Assembly (NCBI RefSeq): GCF_004010195.1
Contig: NC_057728.1
Span: 42,140,844 to 42,202,627 of the forward strand
DNA: 61,784 nt
Direction: 5' to 3'
Source: Chiloscyllium plagiosum
Lineage: Eukaryota
The notes beneath the pieces are model-generated. The model saw only the letters and a list, made by a program, of their open reading frames with translations, did not search any database and was not told the DNA's origin. Position 1 is the first letter of the stretch, and every line of letters starts with the position of its first letter. Both the position numbers and the translations under genes were made by a program. Shown piece after piece: positions 47,973 to 61,784 of the stretch.

Positions 47973-50665
47973 GTCAGTAAATTGTGTGTTTCTTCCTTTC
48001 AGTATTTCAAATGTTTTTAAGTGGCTGCATGTTTGAACTCTAACCTGCCTGCTTGTATTAAAAAGTATCAGGTTTGAAAAGCAGTATAACAAAGCAGTTT
48101 TTTCATCTCTTAAAATACATCAGGTTGTGAAAATTTTAACAATGCAATGAAGGAGAATTGATTATAAGTAGATTTAAATAGCTTAAAAATCTGCTTTTCC
48201 TCCTTCTGCAGTGTCAGAGGATAAATACTTTGTTGGTAAGGCATTGAGACACCAGACTGGAGGTGTTCAAGCTCAAATATGCTGGTCTGTACTGAATCAT
48301 ATGATATTGGCCTGAGCAGCAGCTGAGTCCCAGCATCACCAAAAGAGAGAGAGAGAGAGAACAAGTCTCTCAATTCTGTATGACTGTATGATGATCCATG
48401 CTGAATTGTGCAAAGGAAGACAGGATAAAGCTTGATTGTGATACCTCTGTGCACCTAACTGTTCCAATTGCCTGCCAGCACTCAATGTTAGACTCTCCCA
48501 TACGGATTTGTTCAAGATGTTATATGTGCATTTTATCTTTAAGTACCCCATGTGCTATGTGTAGACAGAGTTGCAACTCTTCCTTGCAGTTAGGCTGCAA
48601 GTTACCCTCAAATCAACTGGTTGATGTAATGTTTGCTTCATAACTTGTGTTTTATTATTTAAAAGATTAACCCATGCAGTTAATCAATAGCTGATGAACC
48701 ATTGATTATTAGACCATAATCATTTACAGGAATAGACTTTCTGTATTAATCAGCACTGTGAAGTGATGGGGTGGGGAAGAATCTCTAAGTATTTCCCTTC
48801 TTGAATTCTTCCAACATCTCATGAAGTACTTGACTGTGGCATCACTTTCTGACTTTTAGTCGACATTTTTATACTCTGTGAACTGAAAAAAGCATGTTAA
48901 AAAGGAACTTCAAAGATGTATAGTTTGCATGGTTTAAACAGTTCAAGATTATTTTGTGTTTATCAATTTTCCTAACTTTACGAAACTACCTGAGGTCCAA
49001 TCAATTTTAAATGATAAACTTTTAAGATTTTGATTAACATTCTGTTTATTATCACAATAGTGTAGTTTACTGATCTGTTATGTTACTGCTAAAATCACTA
49101 GTATAGTGATCCTATTTACTGGGTTGAAGAAATTCACATGATCCTGTACAGTTTGGACTGTAGAACTGAACTTGCTGAACAGTGTAGTTGTGTACTAAAG
49201 TTACAGGACTCCTGTGTTTTATCCTCTGAGCTGGAATTCTGTCAAAAGCCACGTTGTCTGAAAGAAAACACTGATTTAGAAAGTTAGACATTTCAAAGTT
49301 AAAATACATCCAGAACTTAAGGTCCAGTATAATACAGTATGTAGATGTTTGATAATGTTGACCCTAGTTCGATAATTAAATAAGGTGATTTACTCAATGT
49401 TTCTAGTGTAAAAAATTATTAAAGATGAAGAAAAATCTCATGTTTAAATTTGTTACCTTATTTATAAGAGAAAATAATTTATATTACTTGAAGTCATTTT
49501 GATTTTCTGTGTATTAGCTTGAAACATCTTTAGTTAGACCGCGGTGTAATGTTCCTGATGAAATCTACGTAGAAAATGATTGTGGTACAGCAGGTCATGA
49601 CTTTAGAGCAACCTGAGTACCTCTCAGCAGTCAAGTGGGTCCATCTAACTATAATTAGCGATAGTACATGAGAGATGAAGGCATCTCGACTTACTGCAGT
49701 TCTGCACACTGCTGTCATCGCCCCTCTGTCCAGTTTCTGATGTTGTCTAGTCACTTGCTCCTTCTCCAAACTAATCTCTTCTAATGTTGCATTTAATATT
49801 ATTGCCAAGCTAGAGCCTCACCTCCACCTCTTTCAGTGGTTTACTCTGTTTCTGTTCAAGGGGACAGAAAATTGCCAAAACAATGTAGTAGTGCAATATC
49901 CTGTGAGTATTCTGTACGCAGGCATTTACTCAAACACATGTGGACTATTTTTGAGGTTTGATAGATGGATGCCTAAATATATGTTTTTCTCCTTATGTAT
50001 GTTAATGAGGGTGAGACCTGTTGAAAGATCTGATATTGGATGGGGTGAACAATGTCAGAAGTCACACAACACCAGGTTGTGGTGCAACAGATTTATTTGT
50101 AATCGCAAGCTTCCAGAACGCTGCTGTTTCGTCAAGTCTTCACTTTGTTGTCTTGTGATTTCAAATTAGCCTGGTTAGCTATAACCTCTGACCCTGCAAA
50201 ATGCATTCTTTCTGGGCAACCCCTCTGACTGCATCCAAAAGGTGGCTTCTACCTCATGTGATAGTATTTTCTATCACAAGCTTCCCTGGGAGACTGGCTC
50301 AGATTCATGGGTTCTCCCAATCCTACCTCAAACCAGTCTGAAGTTACACCTCACACTCTTTCCTGTGGAATCGTCCTGGAACACATTTGCAGAATGGACA
50401 AAGAGGGGAAGAGAGGAAGTGCCTCTTTTCTGTAGCTTCATTACTGTAACAAAATTACTGTTTAGAATAAACATTGCAGTAGACGTATTTCTAGATAGGA
50501 TATTTCATTGTTACATGTCCTATAGTTAAAAACTCGATCGGTTTACTTTCCTTCAGTATTCCTTCATTTTAACATTTGGAAATTTTCAAACGTGTAAATG
50601 CAGATAAGGAAAAAGGATGACTTAGTAATTTTGAGTCTTGACATAAGCTGTTCTGACATTTTTAG

Positions 50666-50806
50666 TTGTACAGATTGGATTTCCTTGCCTTGGCAGCCAG
50701 GATGGGGTAGCAGCTTTTGAGGTGACTGTGGTCATTATGGATGTGGAAGGGAATGTTGTTCTTCAAACACCTCATAATGCAATATTCTTCAAAACTTGTC
50801 AAAGAG
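50666..50806 (+). CDS. wif1: WIF1 coding exon 4 (end of WIF domain)
   Basis: ttttAG acceptor; (V)[53 protein letters not shown] donor; 141 nt. Confidence 0.96.
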
Positions 50807-51004
50807 GTGAGCCAAAGCATTCTGTTGCTTTGTTTTATTCATGTAAGTAAAATGAATCATGAAAATTTATAAAATGAATTCCTGTCTGATTTGGATTCAT
50901 GCTGTAAATGATCTCACTAGAAATTTGAATTTATAAAATGTAAAATAAACATTCACTATAGGGCCCAATACTTTAAACTGAATGTGCCAAAATTGTTGGT
51001 AGAC

Positions 51005-51138
51005 TGAGTTGAATTGAATTTATTGTCACATGTTCCGAGGCACAGTGAAAAGCTTTGTCTTGCGAGCAATACAGGCAGATCACAGAGTTAAGTAGCAAAG
51101 AGAAGTAAGTAATAGGTAAACAGCGGCAAAAACAAAGA
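51005..51138 (-). mobile_element. LINE 3' tail (Rex/Babar-like)
   Basis: Reverse complement ends ...cttttcactgtgcctcggaacatgtgacAATAAAttcaattcaa. Confidence 0.5.
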
Positions 51139-51357
51139 TTGGTGCCTATTTGGCAATGTTTCATCTATAGTCTAATTTTGATAAATTCATCCTTCAGGAT
51201 TCAAATTTTAATCTTTAACCAATTTGTGAGTTCTCATCGAAAAATCAGTTTTGATTTTGACTTTTCTAATCAGGTGAAAACAGAGTGCTGGGATGGGGGG
51301 GGAGGGGCGGAGGAGTTAAACCCAGTTATTTATCTACTGTCATGTCACTGCTTACCT

Positions 51358-51857
51358 NNNNNNNNNNNNNNNNNNNNNNNNNNNNNNNNNNNNNNNNNNN
51401 NNNNNNNNNNNNNNNNNNNNNNNNNNNNNNNNNNNNNNNNNNNNNNNNNNNNNNNNNNNNNNNNNNNNNNNNNNNNNNNNNNNNNNNNNNNNNNNNNNNN
51501 NNNNNNNNNNNNNNNNNNNNNNNNNNNNNNNNNNNNNNNNNNNNNNNNNNNNNNNNNNNNNNNNNNNNNNNNNNNNNNNNNNNNNNNNNNNNNNNNNNNN
51601 NNNNNNNNNNNNNNNNNNNNNNNNNNNNNNNNNNNNNNNNNNNNNNNNNNNNNNNNNNNNNNNNNNNNNNNNNNNNNNNNNNNNNNNNNNNNNNNNNNNN
51701 NNNNNNNNNNNNNNNNNNNNNNNNNNNNNNNNNNNNNNNNNNNNNNNNNNNNNNNNNNNNNNNNNNNNNNNNNNNNNNNNNNNNNNNNNNNNNNNNNNNN
51801 NNNNNNNNNNNNNNNNNNNNNNNNNNNNNNNNNNNNNNNNNNNNNNNNNNNNNNNNN
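51358..51857. other. Assembly gap, exactly 500 N (likely a placeholder of unknown size)
   Basis: The round length contrasts with the sized gaps of 290 N (17070-17359) and 559 N (40308-40866). Confidence 0.9.
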
Positions 51858-52285
51858 ATAGGTCAGGGAGGAGAGGGTGGAGTGGATAGGTGGAAAAGGA
51901 GATAGGCAGGTAGGACAAGTCCGGACAAGTCATGGGGACAGTGCTGAGCTGGAAGTTTGGAACTAGGGTGAGGTGGGGGAAGGGGAAATGAGGAAACTGT
52001 TGAAGTCCACATTGATGCCCTGGGGTTGAAGTGTTCCGAGGCGGAAGATGAGGCGTTCATCCCCTCCCCCAATCACCCATTGTACTCTATGCTACTTTCT
52101 CCCCACCCCCACCCTCCTCTAGCTTATCTCTCCACACTTCAGGCTCACTGCCTTTACTCCTGACCAAGGGCTTTTGCTCGAAACGTTGATTTCGAATCTC
52201 CTTGGATGCTGCCTGAACTGCTGTGCTCTTCCAGCACCACTAATCCAGAATCTGGTTTCCATCATCGGCAGTCATTGTTTTTACC
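51858..52285. mobile_element. Penelope family B with inverted arrangement
   Basis: 51858-52058 is family B on -, and 52059-52285 is the family B 3' end on + with a decayed hammerhead (ctgaccaagggcttttgctcgaaacgtt). Confidence 0.8.
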
Positions 52286-53815
52286 TACCTGAATGGCCTC
52301 TGCATACTAGGGATTCTATGATTCTGAGATCTCCTTCATTATCCGTTGACTATTGTTAGATGTCACTTAGCTCTTGCAGAACTGTTATATATAAACAATG
52401 AGTTTCCTTCCTTAATTTCAGGCTAGACTTCTGTTACTGATTTAGCCTTGGCAACAGCCCCAGAAGAATAGATATGGAGAGAGGAGATTTAAAGTCAGTA
52501 GCTGGACTGGAATCAGGAAGGAAAGTTAACATTAAAATATCGGTGTACTAGAGAAGCCAAGTTGTTGCTCCATTCCTTTTGGAACTTGTTAAAAGGAAAA
52601 TGTAATGCTGCTCATGTTTCATCATTGTATTATTCAGATTGTAGCTTTATCCCATACAGATGGAGAAGTGTGGATGTTCTTTGTACTACAGATCCAGCAA
52701 ACAAAAAACCCTCAATCTTCTCGGTGTGTCATAAATCCAATATCAGGAAAATGGTTTGCAGTCCCATGATGTAATATGTTAATTTGAACAATGGCTTTGA
52801 GTGAGGCTGGCAATCAGGTGCCAGATTATGTATAATTAGAGAAATTGACAAACATATAATGCACTCCAAGGATATAATAGCCAGTAGAAAGAGAGAACTT
52901 TCCACCTATTAGCCTGAACAAAGTTAATCCAACGTCTCAAAGTGAAAGAATGATACGTTGAATCATTGAACTGAATACAGCCCAGGAAACTACATTTCAT
53001 ACAAATACTAGGGACTTCATAGAAAATGCTCCCAATCCATGACAGTAATTTTATTGGAAGTGCAGGTTTCTATAGCATTTCTGTTAACACTTCAGGAAAC
53101 ACTGGTTAACACTGAGCCTAATGGCAGCAGACTCAGCTGTGTAAGCAGCATTGTGAGCTGCTGTGAAAACTGAGAGTAGAGGTTCCATCACTATCATGTT
53201 TATAGTCCTAACCAGTTGCTGTGCGCTAGCAATATGGTCTTCATGCTCTGAGAAATTACACAAAAGAGTCTGATTCTGTGTGACAGACTTAACTATAATT
53301 CTCTGATTAAAATGCTTGGTGTTAAATTATTTTGTCAACATCTTTTAACTGAGAAGAGGAAGGTCAGTATAAAGGTGGTTGAACATGTATTTTACCACTT
53401 AGTGTATTTATCCTTGATTACATTACACATCTGAAAGTAAGAGATCGATCACTTGATGGTGATGAGGAGGACTTTGTTCCCGCAGGGCCATTGGTTTTTG
53501 GAATTCTCTTCCATAGAGATCTGTGGAAACTGGGTTATTGAATAAATTCACGATTGAGCAAGACAGCTTTCTGACATTAAGGAGCAGACAGGAAAGCAGA
53601 GTTAAGCCACAATTAGATCAGCTATGATCATCTGGCTGAGTGGCCTATTCCAGCTATTTTGTATGAACTTATCTGGATGCCAGAAAATGAGTGTATTAAA
53701 CATGCCAGCTGTGGGTTGAATATTTAAAGGACATTAATTCAAGTCATGCTATGGGCAGTACTTTGTGTTGCAATTATTGTTGAGAATTAGACTGAGCATC
53801 TTATTTTGAAAATGA

Positions 53816-53929
<114 letters not shown>

Positions 53930-55639
53930 TAGCCTTTTACGTTTTCATGTACCAGTTTCTATTTAATTGTTTGTATTTACCAGAAGTTAGTGTTCAATAA
54001 AAATGATTTATTTATAATAATGAACAAATTATGTAAATCTTTAAACTTGATGCGGTTGTTTGCAAAACGTTTGCTAATGAACTGAGTTAGCTGACAGATG
54101 ATTAAATATGTCAAAGACTTTGCATGCTGGCCATTTATTGTTGATGTGACTAAACAAATTTTAAAAATCTAATTAAATATGTTATGACTTTGTAGAAATC
54201 AATGACTAGAAATTAGAATGTCAAATTAAAAGCCAAAGAATGACATAACAATATTTCATATTTTCAGTTATTTATTGAAACTACAAGCAGCATCAACTAA
54301 TGACTGTCTTTATAAGCATCTTTGACTTGACCACATTATGGAATATCCCCTCCTTATTTTTAGCCAATACACACTTTGTTGGCATACATTTCAGCAGTCT
54401 CTTTAAGAAATATTCATTTTATAGACTCAAACATTTACAGGCCATTATGTCTGTGCCAGTCATCAAGGATCTGACGACATTAATCCTGTTTTCCAACTTT
54501 TAACCTATAGCCCTGAATGCTATAGTAACACAAGTGAATATCTAAATACTGATTAAATGTTAACACGAATTTCTGACTCAATCACCTTTTTTAGACTGAG
54601 TTCTAGCCTCCGAGTGAAAAACTTCTTCTTAGCCTTCCACTTCATACCTTAAAGATGATGTTGCTTGGTTATAGGCCCATCTATCAATGGAAAATGTGTC
54701 TTCCTATCCACTATATACGAGGCTTGTGTTATACACCTCTATCAGGTCCCATCACGACCTTCGCTGTTCCAAAGAAAACAACCCCTACCAATCTAGCCTA
54801 AGTTAATCTATCTTAGCCCAGGCCTTCCAACCCATGCAGCATCTTGGTAAACTTCTTCTGCACTCTGTATTGCAAGCGCGTTCTTCCCAAAATGTGGCAC
54901 CTAGCCAGTGCACTTAATACGCCAATTTTATGCAATTCCAGCATCAGCCCCGTTTCTTCTGGAGTTAGTCCAAAATTATTTTCATCTCTTGAGTTTATTT
55001 CTGGACTTTTACTTTCCCAAGCTTTCAACTTTGGAACTGTCTTTCTTACTGAAAGTTTTCCTGGCAACTTCTCCCTCTCATGAAATCATGACAAATTTTC
55101 CGACCGCCTTTTAACCTTCCACAGCTTTGGTCTTTTCAATCGAATTACAAGCTTCCCACCCTCATTCAACACATTACGTTAAAGACTTAGGACTTTAGAT
55201 GCTGTCTCTCACCTGAACTCTCTGATAGTTTTCAATAACACCTTAGAAATTCTTCCCCTCTTAGCCATTTTAGTAACAATGTAAATTACATCGGCGCTAA
55301 ATCCAGATAGAATTGCTGATTAATCTCCGTAAGAGCCCAATTATCCTCTTGGAACTAATTAGACAGTTTAAAGTGCAACTGTGTACAATTTGAGATTCTC
55401 AACACTTCACTAGTCCTTGGAAAACCAGTAGTCTATCTATTGTAGCATGTAGGACGCGGCCATTGTCTCCAAGCGTTAACACTTTGCACCTTAAACAATC
55501 TGAATTTCCCAATCAAACAACCTGGGTCTGCTGTCAGGCAGATTACAGCACAGGTCACATGATCCTGTTCATTTTACTTTAAATTTAAAGAGACAGACCT
55601 AAAATATCAATCTTGTAAACCTGTAATTATACATGCAAA

Positions 55640-58090
55640 TGAACATGTTTGGAGCAGGAGTAGACCATTTGGCCCTCAAGTCTATCCTTCCATTTTTAAA
55701 ACGTTTGTGGCTGATCTGTTTGTAACCTCCATATTCCTAGCTACCCCAGATAACCTCCCACCCCTTGCTTAACAAGAATGTATCCATCTCTGTTTTAAAA
55801 ATATTCAAAGTCTGTACTTCTGTCACCTTTTCTGGAAGAGTTTCAAAGATGCCTGACCTACTAAGGGGGACAAAAATGGCCTCCTCTCTCTCAAATAAGT
55901 GACCCTATATTTTGAAACAGTGACACCTAGTTCCAGAGTCTCCCACCATCTACCCTGTCAAGCCTACTGATCTTTCTCCACATTTTAATTACCCGATATA
56001 CTTGTGTATAAGTCAATCTCATGTATAAGTTAACCCCTTATTTTGGCCAAAACACCTTGTATTTTGCAAACTTGTGTATAAGTCAATCCTACTATATCAC
56101 ATTATAAACCTCTTACAAATGAAACTGCATGTTCCAATTAAGCTAGTTAAATGAAATTGCATTCATTCATTCATACCGCTAACACTACTCATCACTTTGT
56201 TTACTATACTGCATCTCTATTCATTTATTCATAACTCTACTTATTGCACGTTTTGATTCATTCATGCATTAAGTCTATCAGTATTGCACTTTGTTCACTA
56301 TACATCCAAAATATAAAATCGTTAAAAAGTTAATCATTTTAATTGTGCCATGATATCTGAATAAAAGTGAGATATATTGGCTGCACACTGGTATATCTTT
56401 AATTCTTTGACAAATGTGTTAATATTGTTGAAGTTCATTACAGACGAGAGTAAATGGGAGGGAAATGGAAAAATTTGGTAGGAAAGTTCAAGACGCTTAC
56501 ACTATCAGAATTTAATAAATATTTCATTTTAAGTGCGCAATTATACCACTGTTCGATGATGTCGAACAGTGTGATTTTGCAGGATTTCAATGAATCCTTG
56601 ACATGTTCAATTTTTGTGTCAGTCTCTTGCTTTTATCCAGTAATTACCTTTAACGTAATTCATTGTGTTTTTTTAAACCTGGGATTAGTTGTGTGATCAA
56701 TTCAACTTTTGCTAATAATATAGTATTTCGAACTCCAGTGTGAATTTCAGCCCCTCAAAACTTGTGTCCGTGTATTAATTGACCCTCTAAATTGAGCCTT
56801 TAAAAGATAGTCTTACAAATTTGACCTATACCTGAGTATATATGGTAAGTAGCGTCTTGCACTTGGACCTCCAGCAGCTAAAATCCTAGCCTGTCCAACC
56901 TATCCCAATAAGACAACCTGCCCATTCCAGAGATTAGTCTAATAAACCTTCTCCAAACTACTTCCAACACCTTTTATATCCTTCCTTGAGTAAGAGGACC
57001 ACTACTGTATCTCGTACTCAAGATGTGGGCTCACAAACACCTTCCCAGCATAACCTTTCTACATTTGTATTCTATTCCCCCTGGAATCAACAAAAACATT
57101 TTATTAGCTTTCCTAATTACTTGCCAAATCGACGTACTAGCTTTTTGTGTTTCATACTCTAGGTCATCCAGATCCCTCTGCATTTCAGCGCTCTGCAATC
57201 TTTCTTCATTTAAAAACATACTTCCTTTTAATTCTTCCTGTCAAAATGGATAATTGCACATTTTCCAAATTGTACTCCCTTTGCTGTATTTGTGCCCATT
57301 CACTTAGCCTATCTATATCCATTTGTTGCTTGCTTGTGACTGCATCACAACTTACATCTTGGTATCAATAAATTTAGCAACTGTACCTTCATCCAAAGCA
57401 TTTATATATAATTGTAAAGCATCATGGCCCCAGCACAGATCCCCATGCCACATCATTTGTTATATCTTGTCAACCAGGGAAAAGATCAATTTATACCTAC
57501 TGTCTGCTTCCTCTTAGCTAGTCAACTCCAGTCAAAGCCAATATGTTATCCACTGTACCATGAGTCTCTAATTTCCAAAACCACCTTTGACGTGGCACCT
57601 TATGAAATTCCTTCTGGAAATCTAAGTACAATTACATCTGTACTTTACTGACATTCCCAGCACATATTACTTCCTCAAAGAACTCCAATGAATTGGTTAA
57701 ACATGATCTTGCTTTCTCAAATCCATCGATTCTGACTGGTTACCTTGAAATTTTTCGAAGTGTCCTGTTTGAATATCTTTAATACCTTCTAATGTTTTCC
57801 GTGTGACAGATGTTAAGCTAACTAATCTCTAGTTTCTGGCTTTCTGTCTCTACTTTTTGTTTTTTTGAAAAATTCCAATCCCAAGGAACCTTTCCCAAAT
57901 CTACTGAAGTTTTGAAAGTTAAAACCAATGCATCAACTTTCATACTAGTTGCTTCTTTTAAGATCCCAGAATGAGGTCCTTCAGGATCCAGGTACTTGTC
58001 AACTTGTAGCTCCAATGATTTACTTGGTATCAGTTCTCTGATTTTGATTTCTTTTAGTTCTTTCCTCCTCTCCGTTTTGATTTCTTTCCT
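55640..58090 (-). mobile_element. Old CR1 LINE, interrupted by a DNA element
   Basis: QVIRKANKMF...GIEYK, DPEGPHSGILKE and a CR1-like 3' end at 55640-55980. Confidence 0.75.
55990..56847. mobile_element. Non-autonomous Tc1/mariner-pogo-like DNA transposon (MITE)
   Basis: TA-flanked imperfect TIRs: TA-cccgatatacttgtgtataagtcaa versus ttgacctatacctgagtatatatgg-TA; subterminal tgtataagt repeats; AT-rich non-coding interior. Confidence 0.7.
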
Positions 58091-58119
58091 CCTTTTCCAT
58101 TTCCTGAATAATAAGCAAA

Positions 58120-58662
58120 ATAACTCCACAGAGGCCAGTATCCTGTAATCAAATCATCCTTAATTTACATGTGGAGAATCCTTGATACTGATCCTGCTTC
58201 CTCAGAGCCACTGTTAGAGTGAACAGAACCTCTAACACTCCTGTTTTTTTTTCAGTCCCCTAAACTGAGGAGACCTCAATCTCCTGTTTATTTTTTGTAT
58301 TTTATTAAACAAATTACAAAACAGTTTACAAAAAACATTTACAGCTATACACAAGAGACAGCAATTTTACAAGGGAGAGGAGCAGCAAAGCTAGGCCCCA
58401 AACCCTACCGTTCAACCATTTTACAGGGAGATGAGGCCAACCATAAATCCCAGTTCCACATTTGACAAGTGTGTGACAATGACATTTGTACATTAGACAA
58501 TACTGTTACATACAAAAGTGTAGACAATACAGACCCAGCAAGCCCCCGACATTCCTGTTTTTATCTGTCAGCCAGGGATCCCTGATTGGACCAGATTAGC
58601 AGCCCCAATCAGGGAGCACATTCTGTGACATCCACCTGGCTGACCTTGTTACAATCACTACG
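58120..58662 (-). mobile_element. Possible solo LTR interrupted by a roughly 300-bp insertion
   Basis: LTR-like motifs (ctgattgg/ccaatcag); duplicated acaYtcctgttttt at about 58236-58249 and 58549-58562 flanks a T-rich insert. Confidence 0.35.
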
Positions 58663-59184
58663 GTAACTATTTCAGAGGTGCTACTTCTACACTGAAGACA
58701 ATTGAAAACTAATGATTAAACTTATAATGATATGAATTGCATTAATTATTAAAGAAAGTATCAACTATTTCTATATAAACACTGAAGTGTTTAAATGAAT
58801 TCAATGCTGAAACTCTCAGATAACTGGGTAAAAAAGACTTGGTGATATTCTGTACAGTTAGTAACCACAAACATTAAAATAGAAAGGCAAGAAATCATAA
58901 CTGAATGTGCTTGCCTACTTTGTTCCTAATGTCACAAATTGTCATTTAAGTTCCAGCTATGAATGTGATATTTCATTTGAAGTGCTAGATTTGAAATAAT
59001 CAAATATCTCAAAAGCTTCTATCTCAAAACACCAAATTATCTTGAGCATACCAAGAAATCTTAAAACATATATGTTCATAATTACTCATAACAAAGAGAT
59101 TTGCACCATATGTTTATTTGTGTACCCACTTTGGTCTGCCACTCTGACCCTAAGCTTCTCTTCCTCCTTTTGTATGACTGTCTT

Positions 59185-59715
59185 TAAGAGTCATAGAATC
59201 AGAGGTCCACAGCACAGACGAATGCTCTTTGGCTCATCTGTCCCTGTCAGAAATCATCATTAACTGTCCTAATCCCATTTTCCAGCATTTGGTCCATTGT
59301 CTTGTATGTGTTGGCATCATGTGCACATCTAAATATCACTTAAATGATATGAGGGTTTCTGCATCTATCACCCTGACAGGCAATATGTTCCAGATTCCCA
59401 CCACCCTATGCCTGAAGAAATGGTTTCTTCACATCCCCTCTAAACTTCTCGCTGTCATCTTAAATTTATGTCCCCAGTCTTTGATCCCTCCACCAAGGAG
59501 AACGTTTCCTTCTGTGTATGCCCCTCAATGTTATACATCTCAATCATGTCCCACACTTAATGTCCTCTGCTTCAAGAAAAACAGCTCCAGTCTTTTCAAT
59601 CTCTTCATAACAAACTCTGCAGCCCAGACAACTGTAGATGGTAAATCACATCTGCACTCTCTCCAATGCAATCACAGTCCTCCTGTAATGTGGATTCCAG
59701 AACTGCACACAACTG
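59185..59715 (-). mobile_element. Old CR1 3' fragment
   Basis: Resembles other CR1 3' ends (ttccagattcccaccaccct, ctaaacttct, ccagaactgcacac). Confidence 0.65.
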
Positions 59716-60393
59716 ATTCCTGGTCAGTCTGTCCATTTTAATTAAGCTCTGCTTCTTGGCTGATCTCTTCCTAATGTTCACTGCGTGCCTCCAGATTCTC
59801 AACATCATCTTTCCAGCACTGCACTGACCAGCTCCTGCTGGGAGCTTGCAGCTTTCTTGTCTCCAACTTGGGCATTCACATCGACGCAAACTTTTTTCTC
59901 TCAGCAGCAACCCACACTCTCTTATCTTTCTCTCCCTATCAATATAATTTACAACCATCCCAGCAAACCCCTCTCCCAAACTCCCCCTCTTCTTTGGTGT
60001 TCACTCACTGCCTTCTACTGAAGTCCCTTAATCATTTTGTCACATTAAATGTGCAGTTATCACTAACACATAGCAAGTTAACCTTTACGATGTCACACAG
60101 GAACAGCATAAACTGACCAAGACAGATGCACTATAAACAGAAGATATGATATAACTCTCAAAGACCAGCTTATAATTCACTCGTGTTAACGTCTTAGTCT
60201 TTGAATCGCTTGGGTCAAATAAATATCTAATTTGAGTGTTCCCTATATTGCAGCCCATTTATTCAACAATTTTGCATTTAGCTGCGCTTAATTCTACCTC
60301 CTTGTAATATTTATTCTTGGAGCAACTGAAATATGTTGGATCATGAGAAATATAAATCTTTTAGAGCTGAAATTTACTCTGTCTATCTCTCAG

Positions 60394-60489
60394 ATAAATG
60401 TCGACAGCCATGCAGAAATGGAGGGAAATGCACAGGGAGAAACAAATGCAAATGCATTAAGGGCTACCAAGGTGATTTATGCTCGAAGC
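60394..60489 (+). CDS. wif1: WIF1 EGF-like exon matching EGF4 (canonical exon 8)
   Basis: ctcAG acceptor; (N)[31 protein letters not shown]; 96 nt, phase 1-1; GTAAG donor. Confidence 0.95.
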
Positions 60490-61249
60490 GTAAGTATCTT
60501 GCAACTTTAAAAATGTGTCTGTCTATTTTCAAGTTCTTCATAAGAATCTAGCCTGTGGGTTTGCTTTCTTTATCTTATTAATTGAAAACAAACATTCTGT
60601 AAGGAAACTAAAACCAAACACACATGGTCCTCCTTCAAGAATGTAGGATTTTGTAAATAAAACCTAAACTTAAATATCCTTGGGTGGTTATTTTATCTTT
60701 GGATTCTCCTGTAATTGTCATGTTATAAATTAATTCTATTTCTGGAATGCTTTGTGTCAGAAAATTACATGACTTTGGAGATTGAAATCAGGGTTCCTTT
60801 TGACTTCAAAGGTGAACTGACATGAGATTCAAATGGAATTTATTTGTAAACTCATGTATTTCAAGAACTTGTGAGTGAAATTGGCCTTCATTGAAAGTAC
60901 ACAATGGGCTATAGTTAATCAGTGAAATTGAAGTTAATGGACAAGGAAATTGGGCAGGCTGTGAAATGAGCTGCTGGATTGCTTTTGCTAGTTCATCATT
61001 TATATGAACGATCAGTTTTGATCCCTTTAGCTCCTTTTGATAGTTATGTGAATAAATGGGCAATGCTGCATTATACAAAATGACAAGATCTTTAAATTTT
61101 CATCTCAGTGCCAAAGCTGATACTTGCATCTTGACCGTCTGAGTAATGTGTTGGGCATTGATAGAAATATACCAGATCTAGGAATACATTTCATCAAAAG
61201 GGTAAAATGGAGGAAAGAAGTATAATGGGAAAAAAAGTTAAAAACTATT

Positions 61250-61784
61250 TAGAATCATAGAGATGTACAGCATGGAAACAGTCTATGCCAACCAGATATC
61301 CCATCCCAATCCAATTCCACCTGCCAGTACCTGGGTCATATCCCTCTAAACCCTTCCTATTCATATACCCATCCAAATTTTAAATATTGAAATTGTACTA
61401 GCCTCCATCACTTCCTCTGGCAGCTCATTCCGTACACGTACCACCCTCTGCACGAACGAGTTGCCCCTTGGGTCCCTTTTTAAACTTACCCCTCTCACCC
61501 TAAACCTATGCCTTTAGTTCTGGACCACCCCCACCCCTTCCCCCACCCCAGGGAAGAGACTTTTTCTATTTATCCTACCCATGCCCCTCATGAGTTTATA
61601 ATTCTCTATGAGATCACCCCTCAGCCTCTGATGCTCCAGGGAAACAGCCCGAGACTATTCAAACTCTCCCGATAGCTCAAATCCTCCAACCCTGGCAACA
61701 TCCTTGTAAATCTTTTCTGAACCCTTTCAAGTTTCACAACATCTTTCCGATAGGAAGGAGACCAGAATTGCATGCAATATTCCA
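61250..61784 (-). mobile_element. CR1 LINE 3' end, continuing past the window edge
   Basis: Closely similar to 42322-42812. Confidence 0.92.

Noticed and set aside
54870..55620. Possible LTR or endogenous viral fragment
   Set aside because: No recognisable coding motif or terminal signature.

Overview
Eukaryotic, repeat-rich vertebrate DNA, most likely a cartilaginous fish (inferred from the HE1/V-SINE-like SINEs and the CR1 and Penelope content). The one host gene I can support is WIF1 (Wnt inhibitory factor 1) on the + strand. It has a CpG-rich first exon (ATG 31703), four exons covering the signal peptide and WIF domain, and two EGF exons matching EGF3 and EGF4. The EGF1 and EGF2 exons are not visible, probably because they lie in a 500-N placeholder gap, and the last exons lie beyond the window. 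The rest is layered CR1, L2, RTE and Rex-like LINE debris, tRNA-, Deu- and 5S-derived SINEs, a TA-flanked DNA MITE and at least three Penelope-like element (PLE) families. The most notable signal is a dense set of minimal type I hammerhead ribozyme motifs (CUGAnGA-stem II-GAAA-NUH with a palindromic stem III) in the PLE ends. Many PLE-derived mini-insertions are also fold-back structures with target-site duplications (TSDs) of 12-70 bp. PLE hammerheads are a known class, so any novelty would be at family or architecture level. I found no clearly new protein-coding system.
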